Positions 38,227 to 45,794 of a stretch of DNA of 64,000 bases are shown piece by piece (within the stretch, counting starts at the first letter, position 1; the number at the start of each line of letters is the position of its first letter). The translations under genes were made by a program, and so were the position numbers. Under the pieces are notes generated by a model. It was not told where the DNA came from. It saw nothing but the letters and a program-made list of their open reading frames with translations, and did not search any database. This DNA comes from Candidatus Iainarchaeum sp. Lineage in GTDB: Archaea; Iainarchaeota; Iainarchaeia; Iainarchaeales; JAZDDZ01. The stretch covers positions 43,223 to 107,222 of the forward strand of contig JAZDDZ010000047.1 in NCBI GenBank assembly GCA_043809245.1, read 5' to 3'.

Positions 38227-38624
38227 ATAAAATGTTTTCCGAAATCTCCGTCAAATCCTCCAAAAGAAACGAATTGATTGACGTTTCAGCGCAAATTGAA
38301 AAAGCAGTAAAAGAAAGCGGTGTGAAAGAAGGGTTTTGCCTTGTTTTCTGCCCCCATACGACTGCTGCGGTAACAATTAACGAGAACGCCGATCCCTCAG
38401 TGAAAGAAGACCTGCTTGGCTATTTTTCAAAGCTTGTTCCAGAGCACGGAAGGTATTTGCATTCAGAGGGAAACAGTGACGCGCACATTAAATCCTCGCT
38501 GATTGGCGCAAGCGTTTTTTTGCCGGTGAAAAACAGCGGGCTTGTTTTGGGTGCATGGCAGGGCATATTTTTCTGCGAATTTGATGGGCCGAGAAACAGG
38601 AAATTAATGGTGCTGGTGAAATAA
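38223..38624 (+). CDS. yjbQ: YjbQ/UPF0047 family protein
   Basis: PHTTAAVTINENADP, H.EGNSDAHIKSSL, LGAWQGIFFCEFDGPR.R. Confidence 0.92.
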   Translation: MNKMFSEISVKSSKRNELIDVSAQIEKAVKESGVKEGFCLVFCPHTTAAVTINENADPSVKEDLLGYFSKLVPEHGRYLHSEGNSDAHIKSSLIGASVFLPVKNSGLVLGAWQGIFFCEFDGPRNRKLMVLVK

Positions 38625-38680
38625 TTTACGAGTAAAGCTTTAAATAGTATATGACTCATATATGAGTAAGGAGATTTGTC

Positions 38681-38965
38681 ATGAAAACCCTTACAGCCGT
38701 TGTTGATGATGATTACGTTCAAACCCTTGATTTCGTTATCCGTTCATCCAAGCTTTACTCTTCTAGAAGCGAATTCATCAAGGATGCCGTTAGGGAGAAA
38801 ATGGAGGCGCTTGTCAGGCTAAGTGAAGAATTGAGGGACATAAGGGAAGCCTCAAAACGCCTTGCATCAAAGGCAAAGGCAAGGGGCTGGAACGGCTCTA
38901 TTCCCTCAAAAAGCGAGAGGGAAAAAAATGCAAACCAGTTTTTGAAGGAAAAAGGCTTCAAATGA
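38681..38965 (+). CDS. RHH antitoxin-like protein
   Basis: YSSRSEFIKDAVRE; upstream palindrome ACTCATATATGAGT. Confidence 0.8.
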   Translation: MKTLTAVVDDDYVQTLDFVIRSSKLYSSRSEFIKDAVREKMEALVRLSEELRDIREASKRLASKAKARGWNGSIPSKSEREKNANQFLKEKGFK

Positions 38966-39401
38966 AGTCCTTCGGTTCAATAACGTTTATACTTCGATTT
39001 ATTTTTTCAAAATCTTTTGCATTGAATGAAACAATACAGTCACACCCTGCCTTGATTGCGATTGCGGCATGAATTGAGTCTGGTCGGTGGACCCCGCTTA
39101 ACGCAATCCTTTTTTCTTCCAGGGAATGCTCTTCAGTGAAAGCAGCCTCCTCAAATGTAACGCCAATTGATTGAAAATATTCGTTGGCCTCTTCCCTGCT
39201 TATTTTAATGCATTTTTTTACCTCAAAATAAAACAGGCTGGATAAAACAACGGTATCCCTGTTTTTCCTTACCCGGCTAAAAAACAGCTGTGCTTCTGCC
39301 GACAAAAACCTGAATTGCCTGTCCATTTCATCTCTTAACGCGGAAATCAGGACATTGGAGTCAAGGTAAACCCTCTTTGGCATAAAAACAATTAATGCCA
39401 T
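38958..39401 (-). CDS. PIN/VapC toxin, convergent with the RHH gene
   Basis: VYLDSNVLI, DSIHAAIA, IVSFNAKDF. Confidence 0.88.
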   Translation of the reverse strand: MALIVFMPKRVYLDSNVLISALRDEMDRQFRFLSAEAQLFFSRVRKNRDTVVLSSLFYFEVKKCIKISREEANEYFQSIGVTFEEAAFTEEHSLEEKRIALSGVHRPDSIHAAIAIKAGCDCIVSFNAKDFEKINRSINVIEPKDFI

Positions 39402-39430
39402 ACATCTTTTTTATTATCCGCTTAAACAGT

Positions 39431-39934
39431 TCACAGAACGCTTTCCAGAAGTTTTATATGCCCTTCTTCAAATTCAGCCAGCTCTGAGAAAAGGCTTTTT
39501 GCGTCAGGCTCTGTTGTGTTTTCTTTCATGAAATCATAGAACTTTTTTGCCTCTTTTTCCCATTCAACAGCGTAAAGCAATGCTTCCCTTTTGCTTTTGT
39601 CGCTTATCTTGGGAAAAGGGTAATCCTTTGAAAAAATTCCTCCCCCCGCGGCTTTGGACAAAGCCAGTTGCTCTTCGCTTAAATCCACCCATCCTTTTTC
39701 CTGCCTTAACTTCTGCCGCAAGCCCACGACTATTTTGAAGTGAGCCTCTTCCTGTGAAATAAGGAATTCAAAAAGTTTTTTCAAAGCAGAATCAGCAGCC
39801 GCGCCTTTTTGCTGGCGGTAAAAATTCATGCTCTTTTTTTCAAGCTCCACCGCCAACTCCACGCCAACAGCAGCGTCAAAACTGGAGCCTTCAAGAAAAG
39901 AATCAACCTGCTGCTTGAATTCATCTTCCGGCAT
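39431..39934 (-). CDS. Ferritin-like/rubrerythrin family protein
   Basis: LEKKSMNFY, EEAH, WEKEAKKFY, EEGH. Confidence 0.85.
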   Translation of the reverse strand: MPEDEFKQQVDSFLEGSSFDAAVGVELAVELEKKSMNFYRQQKGAAADSALKKLFEFLISQEEAHFKIVVGLRQKLRQEKGWVDLSEEQLALSKAAGGGIFSKDYPFPKISDKSKREALLYAVEWEKEAKKFYDFMKENTTEPDAKSLFSELAEFEEGHIKLLESVL

Positions 39935-39980
39935 ACATTAATAGAAAAAGACCGTAAGGGTTAAATTAGTTGTTTTTTAA

Positions 39981-39998
39981 TGGGCACGGGCGGATTTG
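39981..39998 (-). pseudogene. Displaced tRNA 3' end (T-loop to discriminator)
   Basis: Minus strand CAAAT-CCGCC-CGTGCCC-A; 13/18 identical to the tRNA-Ile 3' end at 41135..41152. Confidence 0.7.
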
Positions 39999-40065
39999 GC
40001 AGCGGCAACTCACTGTGTTTGCGGAGATTTAAATATAAAAAAGCCGAATATTTAATAGTGGTTAA

Positions 40066-41214
40066 ATGGAAGATAAAAGGCTGAAATTTCAGCCCGGCAA
40101 GCAGAGGGCTTTGTTGGAGTTATTTTTTTACAAGCACGGTTTCACCCAAAGAGAATTAGCCGGAAGATTAGGGGTATCAAAAGGCACAATAGCAGCATAT
40201 TTCACGGAGAAAAACAACCTATTGCTTTCAACTTTCCAAAAGCTTGAATCAATTGATCCCGCTGTAAAAGGATATGAAAAATTCATAGAAAAAGAATTGC
40301 CTCTCGGTTGGGGCGCAAAAAAGGGCGGTATCGAAAGGGCAAAACTTATTCCAAACAAGAAAACCTATTATGAAGGTATAAGGCATATAAAAAAATTGAA
40401 AGAATTAGCTAACGCTAGGAAAGAAAAAGAAAAAATAGAGAATCACCCTTTAGTTGAGGAGCTAAAGAAGGCTAATGTTGATTTGGAAGCCGTACTGGCA
40501 GTTTGCCTTTTAACGGATGGCTCACTCTGCATTAAAGGAAAAAATCTTAGGATTAGTTACACAACTAAAGACCATATTCTAGAAAAGCTGCTTTTTTCAA
40601 TGATGAACGAACTGTCAGCCAGGGTTCCAGGAATTGGTTTTTCACAAAGTGCTAATACCGTAAGGGTGAGTGATGACGCGCTAGCGAAAAAATTACTCAA
40701 CCTCAGCCCGAATTTCAAAACAAGCCCAAGCAGACATGAGACCAACGAGGATTATCTTAAAGAACCGCAGCCAACCATACGCTTTCTTTCAAAATCCAAT
40801 CAACAGACAAAAAAATGGGCTTTGAGGTTTGCATTCACTGCGGACGGCTACATCAGCAAGGCGGCAAATGGAAAAACAGAATTGGGGCTCTCCTGTTATC
40901 ACACGAATCTTGCAATTGAATGGAAACAGATTATAGAAGAATTTGGCTTATCCTGCACGCTTGCCCAAAACAAAAATTCTTGGTGCGGCATATCTGGAAT
41001 CAGAATTCAAAACATGGATTCTATTGGAAAATTTTTTCAGCTTGGCGGGTTCATAGATGGAGTTAAAATATCCAATAAAAGCAAAAAATTCAGGGGGCTG
41101 GCAAAAAACGAGCTGTTGACACAGATTGTGGAAATGGGAAAGGGAGGACTCGAACCTCCGACCCCCCGGTTATCAGCCGGATGCGCTAGCCACTGCGCCA
41201 CATTCCCAAAATAA
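40066..41214 (+). CDS. Free-standing HTH + LAGLIDADG endonuclease reading antisense through tRNA-Ile
   Basis: FTQRELAGRLGVSKGTI HTH, WGAKKGG, VCLLTDG, RFAFTADG. C-terminus MGKGGLEPPTPRLSAGCASH is the tRNA antisense. Confidence 0.8.
   Translation: MEDKRLKFQPGKQRALLELFFYKHGFTQRELAGRLGVSKGTIAAYFTEKNNLLLSTFQKLESIDPAVKGYEKFIEKELPLGWGAKKGGIERAKLIPNKKTYYEGIRHIKKLKELANARKEKEKIENHPLVEELKKANVDLEAVLAVCLLTDGSLCIKGKNLRISYTTKDHILEKLLFSMMNELSARVPGIGFSQSANTVRVSDDALAKKLLNLSPNFKTSPSRHETNEDYLKEPQPTIRFLSKSNQQTKKWALRFAFTADGYISKAANGKTELGLSCYHTNLAIEWKQIIEEFGLSCTLAQNKNSWCGISGIRIQNMDSIGKFFQLGGFIDGVKISNKSKKFRGLAKNELLTQIVEMGKGGLEPPTPRLSAGCASHCATFPK
41135..41207 (-). tRNA. tRNA-Ile(GAT)
   Basis: GGGAATG/CTTTCCC-A acceptor (one T-T mismatch); CCGG-CTGATAA-CCGG; GGAGG-TTCGAGT-CCTCC. 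Confidence 0.92.
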
Positions 41215-41319
41215 AGCAAACAAAACGAGCAACAAAGAAATTCCGTAAAAAAAGGGTTTTAAACCCTCGCTACGACAATAACAAATCCAGTTAAAAAAGG
41301 CTTAAAAACGGTATTTTTG

Positions 41320-41352
41320 TTGCCGCAGCGGCAATCTACTCCCCCGAAAACT
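41320..41352 (+). repeat. Conserved palindromic motif upstream of endonuclease genes
   Basis: TTGCCGC-A-GCGGCAA. 41323..41352 is 26/30 identical to 51186..51215. Related copies at 39999, 44616 and 12333(-). Confidence 0.75.
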
Positions 41353-41380
41353 GCTTAAAAGACAAAACAAGAATCATTAC

Positions 41381-42325
41381 ATGAAGTTCTCCATTTTTGA
41401 TGTAGATAACCAATGGCTTGCAGAAAAAATCTGCATTGATGGAATAAACCAAGAAGCTAAAGACATTATAAAAAGTTTGGGCGGACCATCAAAAACCTGC
41501 AAACTTTTAAACTGCAAATATACGCGATTAAAAGAATGGTCTAACGGCAGGTCGCCCATACCTTTACATGTTTTGCTAAAAACGCTTAATGCATGCGCCG
41601 ACAGTTTTAAGGAAAAAATCAAAAACAAGATTGACTCAAAAGAAATTAACCTCAAGGCACAATACTCGCCGCACAAAGTAAAATTTCCAAAGAAAATGAC
41701 TCCTAACTTGGCTTACATAACAGGAGTAATTTTAGGGGACGGACATCTAGCCAGCAGCAAAGATAATGAAAAGGGAAACTGGGCAATATCTGTTTGCTTT
41801 GACAATTTAATGCATCTCAAGGTCTACAATCAATATATTAAGGAAATATTCGGCATCGAGCCTAAATATTATTTTTGCCAAAAGAAGAATTATTATGTTT
41901 CCTATTTTGCATCATTGACTGTCCACTGGTTTTTAAGGAATTTCCTCGAAATTCCAAATGGTAATAAAAGCAGCCTAATCCAAATGCCCGAAGTAATTGC
42001 CAATGGAGATGAAAAAATAATTTCAGCCTTCATTAGCGGGCTATTTGATTCCGATGGCACAATAACCAAAAACGGGGAACTTAAATTTGCAAGCACAAGC
42101 GAAAGAATTGTACACCAGGTTAAGGCTGCGCTAGCTTGTTTCTCAATTAAAAGCTATCATTCAAAATGGCTTAAATCGGAAAAATACAAAATGCTTCACA
42201 CAATCAGAATAGGCAAGGAATCAATTCAATCATTCGAGAAAACAATCGGATTTAAGCATCCAAGGAAAAAGCAGCTATTAAAAATGTTTTCAAATAAGAC
42301 TTTAGTTAATAGCCCCGTCGTCTAG
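41381..42325 (+). CDS. Free-standing HTH + LAGLIDADG endonuclease; stop codon inside tRNA-Gln
   Basis: LAYITGVILGDG, FISGLFDSDG, IGFKHPRK; ends AGC CCC GTC GTC TAG, which is tRNA nt 1-15. Confidence 0.88.
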   Translation: MKFSIFDVDNQWLAEKICIDGINQEAKDIIKSLGGPSKTCKLLNCKYTRLKEWSNGRSPIPLHVLLKTLNACADSFKEKIKNKIDSKEINLKAQYSPHKVKFPKKMTPNLAYITGVILGDGHLASSKDNEKGNWAISVCFDNLMHLKVYNQYIKEIFGIEPKYYFCQKKNYYVSYFASLTVHWFLRNFLEIPNGNKSSLIQMPEVIANGDEKIISAFISGLFDSDGTITKNGELKFASTSERIVHQVKAALACFSIKSYHSKWLKSEKYKMLHTIRIGKESIQSFEKTIGFKHPRKKQLLKMFSNKTLVNSPVV

Positions 42326-42429
42326 CGGCCAAAGCAATAAACGTATTTTCGTTAAAATTATGGTTGTTGCTGCCGAAAGGATGGCAGGCTCTGGACCTGC
42401 GGACAGGAGTTCGAATCTCCTCGGGGCTA
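42311..42429 (+). tRNA. tRNA-Gln(CTG) with a 46-nt D-loop intron (42332..42377)
   Basis: AGCCCCG/CGGGGCT-A; GCAGG-CTCTGGA-CCTGC. BHB: CGGC/GCCG helix, CA|A and AA|A bulges, AGCAATAA/TTGTTGCT intron stem. Confidence 0.9.
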
Positions 42430-42445
42430 TTATCCTTTTTATTTA

Positions 42446-42530
42446 AAATAAAAAAAGAAAAAGCAGCCCCTTTTTTTTGGGGCTTTGTTTTTTGCGTTTA
42501 CACGATTTCGAATTGCACGCTGGCTGTCGC
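42446..42530. repeat. Direct repeat of 43290..43375 (displaced SIMPL 3' end and terminator)
   Basis: Near-identical terminator region. Minus strand reads ATASVQFEIV* versus ATVSVQFEIV*. Confidence 0.9.
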
Positions 42531-42600
42531 TTTGAAAGGCAAAAAGGTTAAAAACACTATCTGCACTAATATTAGTGTAATCACTAGGGGGGTTTTTTGT

Positions 42601-42840
42601 ATGGCTAATGCAACATTAACGCTCGCTATTCCTGAAAAACTTAAGAAGGATATTAGGGAGTTAAAGGAAATCAATTGGTCCGAGGAAACAAGGTCTTTTT
42701 TGGAGGACAGGGTTGAAAGGCTCAAGGCTTTGAGGACACTGGATGAAATCCTGAAGGGCAGCAGGTTAACTGAAAAGGACATTGAGGAATTGGGCGCAAA
42801 AATAAAGCAGGGAATAGCCAAAGCGCATGAAAGGAAATGA
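42601..42840 (+). CDS. RHH antitoxin
   Basis: TLTLAIPEKLKKDI..EINWSEETR; upstream palindrome CACTAATATTAGTG. Confidence 0.8.
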   Translation: MANATLTLAIPEKLKKDIRELKEINWSEETRSFLEDRVERLKALRTLDEILKGSRLTEKDIEELGAKIKQGIAKAHERK

Positions 42841-42844
42841 TTGA

Positions 42845-43279
42845 ATGCAGCCAATTGCATTAATCGCTGACACAAACGCCTTGCTTTCAGCGCTGCTAAA
42901 AGACAATTTGTCAAGAAAAATTTTTTTAAACCCGAAAGTGAAGCTTTCCTCGCCACAGCACATGAACGAAGAAGTCAACAGGCACGCAGAAGAATTAGCC
43001 AAAAGAATCGGCATAACGCAAAAAGAGTTCGTTCACGCATTCGAATTGCTTTTAGAAAAATCAGGGCTTGAAATTATTGCGGAAAAACAATACGAATCCC
43101 TTAAGCCAATGGCATTGGAATTATGCCCTGAGGGGCACAAGGACGACTGGCCTTTCCTCGCCTTGGCTTTAAAGCAAAACTGCGCTTTATGGTCAAACGA
43201 TAAAGCGCTCAAAAAACAATCAACAATTGAAGTACATTCAACATTTGAATTAAAGCAAAAACTCGGAAAACTGTTATAG
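42845..43279 (+). CDS. PIN-domain toxin
   Basis: IADTNALLSALL, DDWPFLALAL, LWSNDKALK. Confidence 0.9.
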   Translation: MQPIALIADTNALLSALLKDNLSRKIFLNPKVKLSSPQHMNEEVNRHAEELAKRIGITQKEFVHAFELLLEKSGLEIIAEKQYESLKPMALELCPEGHKDDWPFLALALKQNCALWSNDKALKKQSTIEVHSTFELKQKLGKLL

Positions 43280-43296
43280 CGCTGCATTGAAATAAA

Positions 43297-43338
43297 AAAA
43301 AGAAAAAGCAGCCCCTTTTTTTTGGGGCTTTGTTTTTT
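43297..43338. terminator. Bidirectional hairpin terminator
   Basis: A-rich run, AGCCCC-T8-GGGGCT, T-rich run, between convergent genes; second copy near 42460. Confidence 0.65.
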
Positions 43339-43342
43339 GCGT

Positions 43343-44227
43343 TTACACGATTTCAAACTGTACGCTGACCGTTGCGCTGTATTCTATGTCGCCTGGCGTG
43401 ATTGGCGTTGGCGCTGACGCGGCACCTTCCGCTACTGCGTCCAAGGCGTAGTTTCTGTACATTGGCACTACATAGTTTGAGCTTTCGCTTGCGCTGAAAA
43501 CCTGCCCCACGCCTATTCCTAAACCGGAGGCAATGCTTTGCGCTTTGACTTTTGCATTGGCAGCTGCTTCCTGTAAAGCCTGTGTTTTTAGCTGTGCTTC
43601 AACTGCTTTTGAAAGCGCGAAGGTAACTCCTGAAACCCTGTTTGCCCCTGCCTGAACCGCTGCGTCAATAACGCTTCCTGTTTTTGAAAGGTCTTTGACT
43701 GTCACCTGAATGCTGTTCGTTGTCCTGTAACCGACTGACTCGGATTTTCGGAGCGTTGAATTGTATTCAAAGTCCTCGCTTAAATTATAGGAAGTCGTTT
43801 CAATGTCGTCTTCCGCTATTCCCGCGTTCTTTAAAGCAGTCATGACTTTGCCAGCCAAAACAGCGTTGTCACTCTGGCTTTTTGAAGCGCTTTTGTCAAG
43901 CGTTTCAATGCTCAGGTAAATCAATGCTTCATCCGGTGCAGCTGTCTTTGTGATGGTGCCTGAAACAGAGAGCAGCCTTTTCTGGTTGCCTGAATCATCT
44001 GCCGCAAAGCTGATTACTCCCTCGCTTGCAGGCATTACTGCGCCTTCATTTGTTGAAGTGGTGCCCTGGCTTAAATAGCTTGGAAGCTGGACTGCGAGTT
44101 GCTTGTTTTCGCCTGAATTATCCGTGTTGGTTAAGGCGTTAAAGTTAAAGCCGATAACCAGTACAAGCACTGCAATGACAACTGCTGCCGCAATTATAAC
44201 CACATTTTTTGAATCCATTCTTTTCAC
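43343..44227 (-). CDS. SIMPL (DUF541) domain protein
   Basis: N-terminal TM; LSVSG..APDEA, IDAAVQAGANRVSGV, A..KAQSIA. Confidence 0.9.
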   Translation of the reverse strand: MKRMDSKNVVIIAAAVVIAVLVLVIGFNFNALTNTDNSGENKQLAVQLPSYLSQGTTSTNEGAVMPASEGVISFAADDSGNQKRLLSVSGTITKTAAPDEALIYLSIETLDKSASKSQSDNAVLAGKVMTALKNAGIAEDDIETTSYNLSEDFEYNSTLRKSESVGYRTTNSIQVTVKDLSKTGSVIDAAVQAGANRVSGVTFALSKAVEAQLKTQALQEAAANAKVKAQSIASGLGIGVGQVFSASESSNYVVPMYRNYALDAVAEGAASAPTPITPGDIEYSATVSVQFEIV

Positions 44228-44357
44228 CTCCCTTTGCGTTTTTTTCTATAAACCCTTTGTGGCTGAACTTCCTTTAAATATCTTTGTTTTAATGAGGGAA
44301 AAGGCTAACCAAGGGCTTTAAATTGCTTAGGCAAAAAATAATCTATTGGTGTAATTA

Positions 44358-44615
44358 ATGGGTTTGCTGGATTTTTTGGGCAAAAAAAAAGATGAAAGCA
44401 GTGAAGCAGAAAACGCAAAGGAAGCCAAAGCGGCAAAGGAATCAAAAGAGGCAAAAAAGGAAGCCGCAAAAGAAGACGCTGCCTCTGACGCAAAGTATGA
44501 GGGCAAGGAATGCTCGATGTGCGGCGGCATGGGCGCTGAAAAAAAATGGATGGGGCAATACTGGCACAAAAAATGCCTTAGGTCGATGAAGAAAGGCGCG
44601 CGAAAAATGATTTGA
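44358..44615 (+). CDS. Small Zn-finger protein
   Basis: CSMCG..YWHKKC; low-complexity K/E/A N-terminus. Confidence 0.65.
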   Translation: MGLLDFLGKKKDESSEAENAKEAKAAKESKEAKKEAAKEDAASDAKYEGKECSMCGGMGAEKKWMGQYWHKKCLRSMKKGARKMI

Positions 44616-44692
44616 TTCCGCAGCGGAAACGCACCCTGAAAAGCTATTTAAACAGCCCGAAGCCAACTTTTTCTGGAAGCAGTGGTGGCAGG

Positions 44693-45115
44693 GTGCAGAG
44701 GATTTATTTGGATTCAAATATTTTTATCGCTTATATCAGGAGCGATATGGGCAAGCCGTTCAAGCTGATGTTCAAGGATGTTGAGGATTTCTTTGACTGC
44801 TGCCCGAATAGGTTCGTTCTTGTTTTGTCCGAATTTTTTATTGAAGAAGTCGAAAAAAAAGTGCACTATTCAAAAAGCATGGTTGGAGAATTCTTTAAAG
44901 ATTACAAAATTTCAACTGAATTTATTGAAACAACCAAAATTGAAAAGAAATTGGCTCCCGAGTTTTTCAAAAAAGGGCTGCACGCTGGCGATGCATTGCA
45001 TGCTGCTTTTGCAATAAATTCAAAATGTGATTTTCTTTTGACTTTCAACATTAAAGATTTTAAGCGACTGGAAAACAGGATTAAGTTAAGAGAGCCAAAA
45101 GAACTAGTCGAGTGA
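44693..45115 (+). CDS. PIN/VapC toxin, convergent with the RHH gene
   Basis: IYLDSNIFI, DALHAAFA, LLTFNIKDF; start trimmed to GTG 44693. Confidence 0.88.
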   Translation: MQRIYLDSNIFIAYIRSDMGKPFKLMFKDVEDFFDCCPNRFVLVLSEFFIEEVEKKVHYSKSMVGEFFKDYKISTEFIETTKIEKKLAPEFFKKGLHAGDALHAAFAINSKCDFLLTFNIKDFKRLENRIKLREPKELVE

Positions 45116-45379
45116 AAAACCCTTTTTCTTCATGAACTCCTTCGCCATTTTATCCCTTTCTTCCCTTGTGAGAAGCTCCCCGTTCCAGCCGTTTTTCAGC
45201 GCATTGTCGCGGATTTCCCTCAGCATCTTCCTGACCTTTGAGCGCCTGAACTCCAAAACCTTGCTTCTAACGGCATCCCTGATGAACTCGTTCCTAGAAT
45301 TGTGAAGCTTCTCGGATTTGACGATTTTGTCAACCTCCTTAATCAAGGCAGGCTCCATGTTCATTACATACTGCTGCAT
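45104..45379 (-). CDS. RHH antitoxin-like protein
   Basis: NSRNEFIRDAVR..GWNG; paralog of 38681..38965. Confidence 0.8.
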   Translation of the reverse strand: MQQYVMNMEPALIKEVDKIVKSEKLHNSRNEFIRDAVRSKVLEFRRSKVRKMLREIRDNALKNGWNGELLTREERDKMAKEFMKKKGFSLD

Positions 45380-45433
45380 AAAAATCACGCTAATATTAGA
45401 GTTAATATTAGTGTTTTTATATGTTTCGGCGGA

Positions 45434-45790
45434 CTATTTTTTCTTTGCCCTTCCGTATTTGTCCTCGAACCTTTTGATGTCGTTCTCTTCGAATTTTCCG
45501 AAGGAAATCTCCAAAACCATTGCCTCTTTGGAGGAATTGTTTTGAATTCTGTGCCTTGCCCCCTTTGGAATGAAAATGCTCTGCAGTTTTTTCAGCAGGG
45601 TTTTTTTGCTTCCAACCGTTACTGTAATCCCTTCGGTTAACGCAGCCCATTGCTCTGAGCGCTTTTTATGCGATTGAAGGGAGAGGATTTGCTTTGGCTT
45701 GACTGTTAAAATTTTTACGGTTGTTTTTTCATTCAAAGTGAAGCGCCTGAAATTCCCCCAGGGCCTTTTTTCAAAAAAAGTTTTACCCAA
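45434..45790 (-). CDS. Type II mannose-6-phosphate isomerase-like cupin
   Basis: RPWG, LSLQSHKKRSEQW, IPKGARHRI, ENDIKRFEDKYGR. Confidence 0.9.
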   Translation of the reverse strand: MGKTFFEKRPWGNFRRFTLNEKTTVKILTVKPKQILSLQSHKKRSEQWAALTEGITVTVGSKKTLLKKLQSIFIPKGARHRIQNNSSKEAMVLEISFGKFEENDIKRFEDKYGRAKKK

Positions 45791-45794
45791 GCTA

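Noticed and set aside
42464-42486. AGCCCC-T8-GGGGCT hairpin resembling the tRNA-Gln acceptor stem
   Set aside because: Only 6 bp, and fully explained as a terminator.
42498-42956. 152-aa minus-strand ORF ending ATASVQFEIV
   Set aside because: Antisense shadow of the TA pair that runs into the displaced SIMPL tail.
44390-44490. AKEAK low-complexity repeats
   Set aside because: Ordinary protein low complexity.
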